This document shows, in pieces, positions 60,467 to 64,000 of a stretch of 64,000 nt of DNA. Below the pieces are notes generated by a model. That model searched no databases. It saw only the letters and a program-made list of their open reading frames with translations, and had not been told where the DNA came from. Origin of the DNA: a virus (taxonomy: Duplodnaviria; Heunggongvirae; Uroviricota; Caudoviricetes); IMG/VR virus record IMGVR_UViG_3300043395_001986, positions 109,308 to 173,307 of that record; one strand, written 5' to 3'. How positions within the stretch are numbered: the first letter of the stretch is position 1; the number at the start of each line of letters is the position of its first letter. The translations under genes and the position numbers were made by a program.

Positions 60467-60642
60467 TGGCAAGTATATTAGAATTAACACAAAAAATTAG
60501 AGAAAATTTAAGAATTTTAGAAACCGAAGAAGGTATAGAAAGTTCAGTTTTGGATGAAATATGGGATTATGTAACCGAAATTGATGATATTGTATATGAA
60601 TCCGAGGAAGAAGATGGTAGATTTGAAGATATAGATGAATAA
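60466..60642 (+). CDS. small highly acidic protein (not in ORF track)
   Basis: 58 aa, MASILELTQK...YESEEEDGRFEDIDE; start overlaps the endolysin stop. Confidence 0.65.
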   Translation: MASILELTQKIRENLRILETEEGIESSVLDEIWDYVTEIDDIVYESEEEDGRFEDIDE

Positions 60643-60675
60643 ATTTGGTAGAATGGAATAATATTCGTATTTTTG
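60643..60675 (+). promoter_or_regulatory. Bacteroidota-type sigma-A promoter
   Basis: ATTTGG...TCGTATTTTTG upstream of the clamp loader. Confidence 0.7.
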
Positions 60676-60694
60676 TATAAAATAACGAATAATT

Positions 60695-61645
60695 ATGAGC
60701 TTTTTCTCTACAAACGAAACAACTAAAAAAGATAATTCACTTTGGGTAGAAAAATACAGACCTAATAAATTAAGTGAATATATAGGTAACGAACTATTAA
60801 AAGAAAAGGTGCAGGGATATCTTGATGAAAATGATATTCCACACCTTTTGCTTTATGGCAAAGCCGGGACTGGTAAAACAACATTAGCAAAACTTATTGT
60901 TAATTCGATTGAATGTGATAGTATGATTATCAATGCTTCGGATGAAAATAATGTTGAGACCGTTCGTAACAAAGTAAAAAACTTCGCAAGTGGTGCGGGT
61001 TTCAAAGGATTCAAAATCATTATATTGGATGAGTTTGATTATATGACTCCAAACGCACAAGCAATTCTCCGTAATCTAATGGAGACATTTTCAAAACATT
61101 GTAGATTTATTCTAACTTGCAATTATCATGAAAAGATTATTGAACCAATTTTAAGTAGATGTCAAACATTTGCAGTAACACCACCAACTAAAAAAGATGT
61201 TGCGGTGCATGTAGCCTCTATTTTGGAAAACGAAAAAATTAAATTTGAACCAAAAGTATTAAGTGAAATTGTTCAACAATTTTATCCAGATATTCGTAGA
61301 GTATTAAATACTTGTCAATTACAATCATCAAAGGGTGAATTGAAATTGGATAAACAATCAATTGTAAGTTCTGATTTTAAAACAAAAATAGTTGACATCT
61401 TAAAGTCGGAAGCAGATAGAAGAACAACTTATATGGAAGTAAGACAGACTGTTTTAGATGCAAAAGTAAAAAACTTTGCAGAAGTTTATTCTTACCTATA
61501 TGAAAAAGTTGATGAATATGCAAGTGGAAATACATCAAATGTAACTATTGCAATTGCAGATGGTATGTACAAAGATACCTTTGTTATAGACAAAGAGATT
61601 ATGTTTATGGCAACAATGATTGGAATTATTAATACAATAAAATAA
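60695..61645 (+). CDS. clamp loader ATPase subunit (RFC/gp44-like)
   Basis: [25 protein letters not shown] and SRC motifs. Confidence 0.93.
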   Translation: MSFFSTNETTKKDNSLWVEKYRPNKLSEYIGNELLKEKVQGYLDENDIPHLLLYGKAGTGKTTLAKLIVNSIECDSMIINASDENNVETVRNKVKNFASGAGFKGFKIIILDEFDYMTPNAQAILRNLMETFSKHCRFILTCNYHEKIIEPILSRCQTFAVTPPTKKDVAVHVASILENEKIKFEPKVLSEIVQQFYPDIRRVLNTCQLQSSKGELKLDKQSIVSSDFKTKIVDILKSEADRRTTYMEVRQTVLDAKVKNFAEVYSYLYEKVDEYASGNTSNVTIAIADGMYKDTFVIDKEIMFMATMIGIINTIK

Positions 61646-61646
61646 A

Positions 61647-61955
61647 ATGACAGAAAATTTTAAAACAGCAAAACCATTGGGAGATAGAGTCCTAATAGAA
61701 ATTGAATCAGAAGAAAAAACAATTAATGGAATTATTATTCCAGATACGGTCAAAATGGGAGATAATAAAATAGGAAAAGTAGTATCAGTTGGTGATGGTA
61801 TATATACCAATGATGGTATTCTTATACCTATGGCAGTTAAAGTTGGTGATAGTGTTATGTTACCCGGTGGTAGTATGAGTGTATCAACTATTAAATTAAA
61901 CAACAAAGACTATTATCTTTGTAGAGAAATGGATTTATTAATGATTATTAAATAA
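61647..61955 (+). CDS. groES: co-chaperonin GroES
   Basis: KPLGDRVLI; GIIIPD; GKVVSVGDG; VKVGDSV. Confidence 0.9.
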   Translation: MTENFKTAKPLGDRVLIEIESEEKTINGIIIPDTVKMGDNKIGKVVSVGDGIYTNDGILIPMAVKVGDSVMLPGGSMSVSTIKLNNKDYYLCREMDLLMIIK

Positions 61956-61961
61956 AAAGTT

Positions 61962-62222
61962 ATGCAAAAAGGACAACCGGTACAGGAATTGGATTGGAGT
62001 AAAGCACAGGAATTACAATGTGTTAAATGCAACGGAGATATATTTTTACCAGCAGTAAAAGTAAAAAAATTAAGTAGATTAGTATCTATGTTACCAAACG
62101 ATGTTATGGGACCATATGATGTTTTTTTATGTGCAAATTGTGGGACAGTTTGTGATGAATTAATACCAGAAGAATTTAAAAACAAAGTAATAAAACCAGC
62201 AAATGGCGGAATCATCAGCTAA
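61962..62222 (+). CDS. small Zn-finger-like protein
   Basis: CVKC...CANCG. Confidence 0.65.
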   Translation: MQKGQPVQELDWSKAQELQCVKCNGDIFLPAVKVKKLSRLVSMLPNDVMGPYDVFLCANCGTVCDELIPEEFKNKVIKPANGGIIS

Positions 62223-62673
62223 TAAAAGATTAGGTCTATTTGACCATATAAATGCAGTTACATCCGTACAAGACCCAAATTATTTCAAAAAAATATCAGA
62301 AGAAGATAAAAAGACGTGGAGTAATTATATGATTATTCGTTATCTTTCTATGAGTTATGAACTTATTGAAATGATAGGGGAAATACAATCTCTTGCACAA
62401 GAAATGGAACCTGAAATTTTATACAAAACTCTTATAGATTTAGTTCCAAAGAAAAAATATTATCTTAAATGGATGAAAGGTAAAAAAACAACTGACTATG
62501 AAGATTTTTTATATGATTTGATGGTAAAAGAATACGAAGAAAGTAAAGAACATATTGAAGAATATTTGGATATTTTATATGAATCTAGAAGTGGTAGAGA
62601 ACATATTCAATCTTTATGTGAAAAATATGGAATAGATAAAAAAGAAATTACGAAGTTAAAACTTAAAATTTAA
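62203..62673 (+). CDS. hypothetical protein, possibly clamp loader small subunit (gp62-like)
   Basis: Position near the clamp loader; W..YMI.RYLS and Y..W.K motifs. Confidence 0.45.
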   Translation: MAESSANKRLGLFDHINAVTSVQDPNYFKKISEEDKKTWSNYMIIRYLSMSYELIEMIGEIQSLAQEMEPEILYKTLIDLVPKKKYYLKWMKGKKTTDYEDFLYDLMVKEYEESKEHIEEYLDILYESRSGREHIQSLCEKYGIDKKEITKLKLKI

Positions 62674-63546
62674 ATGGCAAAAGTTAGTTACTCTCAATAT
62701 ACAATGTGGGCAAATTGTCCGCAACAATACAAATTGGCATACATAGATGACTTGAGTGAAAGTACATCAAACATCAATACTATATTTGGTACTGCTATGC
62801 ATGAAGTTTTGCAACATTATTTGACCGTATTCTATGGTATATCCAAAAAACAAGCAAATGAAATTGACTTGAAAAAAATGTTATTGGATAGTTTACGAGA
62901 AAATTTCAAAAAAGAACAAGAAAAAGCACCGGATGGTACTATTGTTGCAACAAAAGAAGAATTAGAAGAATTTTATGGTGATGGTATAGAGATTCTTAAT
63001 TGGTTTGCAAAAAAGTCAGATACAATTTTTTCTAAAAAAGGATGGGAATTGGTAGGAGTTGAAAGAGCACTTAACATCAAAGTTAAGGAAAATGTAAACT
63101 ATATGGGATTTATAGATGTGTTATTAAAACACAAACCATCTGGTGACCATTTAATTATTGACTTTAAAACAAGTAGAAGTGGTTGGACTAAAGATATGAA
63201 AAAAGATAAAACAAAACTAAATCAGTTATTGTTATATAAACATTTTCTTTCGGAACAATATAAGATTGATATTAATAAGATTAAAGTAGAATATCACATT
63301 ATTAAAAGAAAGATAAATAAAGATTATGAATATCCAATACCACATATTTCAGTATTTGCACCTGCAAATGGAGCAATTACTGTCAAAAAAGGTGTAAAAG
63401 AATTTATGGAATTCGTGCATTCAGTTTTTAAAGAGGATGGTTCATATAATATGGAAGCAGATTATACACCAAATCCAGGAGAAAAAAATAAAAATTGTAG
63501 ATGGTGCGAATTTAAAGATAAAAAAATATGTCCTCTTTTTAAATAA
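62674..63546 (+). CDS. PD-(D/E)XK exonuclease (RecB/Cas4-like)
   Basis: SYSQ...CP; GFID...IIDFKTS; QL..Y; C-terminal CRWC....CP. Confidence 0.88.
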   Translation: MAKVSYSQYTMWANCPQQYKLAYIDDLSESTSNINTIFGTAMHEVLQHYLTVFYGISKKQANEIDLKKMLLDSLRENFKKEQEKAPDGTIVATKEELEEFYGDGIEILNWFAKKSDTIFSKKGWELVGVERALNIKVKENVNYMGFIDVLLKHKPSGDHLIIDFKTSRSGWTKDMKKDKTKLNQLLLYKHFLSEQYKIDINKIKVEYHIIKRKINKDYEYPIPHISVFAPANGAITVKKGVKEFMEFVHSVFKEDGSYNMEADYTPNPGEKNKNCRWCEFKDKKICPLFK

Positions 63547-63587
63547 ATATATATTTATATATATAAATAAAATAAAAGGAGGAAAAT

Positions 63588-63788
63588 ATGTCAAAAGTAA
63601 AAACAAGACTTACCTCTGTTAAGGTTTTGGAAACTTTATATAATCGTTTCAAAATTCATACCATTGAAGATGAAACAAATTTACAAAAAGTAGTAAACAG
63701 AAGTTTACATTTATATGTTAAAGATGCAGATTATAGAGAGCAAATAAAACAATGTACGGAGTTACAAGTTAGTGGTTCACAATTTTAA
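63588..63788 (+). CDS. small DNA-binding-like protein (possible ribbon-helix-helix)
   Basis: LTSVKV strand followed by two helices. Confidence 0.5.
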   Translation: MSKVKTRLTSVKVLETLYNRFKIHTIEDETNLQKVVNRSLHLYVKDADYREQIKQCTELQVSGSQF

Positions 63789-63796
63789 AAAAAGTT

Positions 63797-64000
63797 ATGG
63801 CAAAAAAGAAAATTTTGTTACTATCAGATGATTTAAGAATGACGAGTGGTATTGCAACAATTTCTCGTCAATTAGTTTTAGGGACAGTTGATAAATATGA
63901 TTGGGTACAATTAGGTGCAGCAATCAATCACCCAGAACAAGGAAAGGTATTTGACTTATCCGAAGATATAAAAAATAGAACAGGTGTAGAAAATGCTTCT
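63797..64000 (+). CDS. glycosyltransferase N-terminus (partial)
   Basis: MAKKKILLLSDDLRMTSGIATISRQL resembles a GT4 N-terminal motif; runs off the window. Confidence 0.65.
   Translation, partial: MAKKKILLLSDDLRMTSGIATISRQLVLGTVDKYDWVQLGAAINHPEQGKVFDLSEDIKNRTGVENAS

Overview
A 64-kb segment of a large, AT-rich, lytic-type myovirus with a T4-like replisome. All supported genes lie on the + strand and read in the standard code. The TAnnTTTG/TTTG promoters and the tmRNA point to a Bacteroidota host (inference). Layout: (1-23.3 kb) tail module with Ser/Ala/Thr-rich fibres, a glycosyltransferase, a Hint-LamG protein, sheath, tube, chaperone pair, tape measure and baseplate. (23.4-45.2 kb) PhyH dioxygenase, a minimal family-A polymerase, SSB, RecA, 5'-3' exonuclease, helicase, class II RNR, an AsnB-GNAT-methyltransferase trio and RNA-end-processing candidates. 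(45.2-51.5 kb) An RNA island with a tmRNA, 21 canonical tRNAs, two aberrant tRNA-like RNAs, about 1.3 kb of ORF-poor highly structured sequence (one ROOL/GOLLD-like RNA plus an unassigned block), several structured spacers, and a putative leader-peptide attenuator before the tRNA array. (51.5-64 kb) Family-B polymerase, clamp, clamp loader, a second methyltransferase, dUTPase, GH19 endolysin, GroES and a PD-(D/E)XK nuclease. The RNA island is the best candidate for undescribed biology. All family assignments come from motif recognition by eye; no searches were run.
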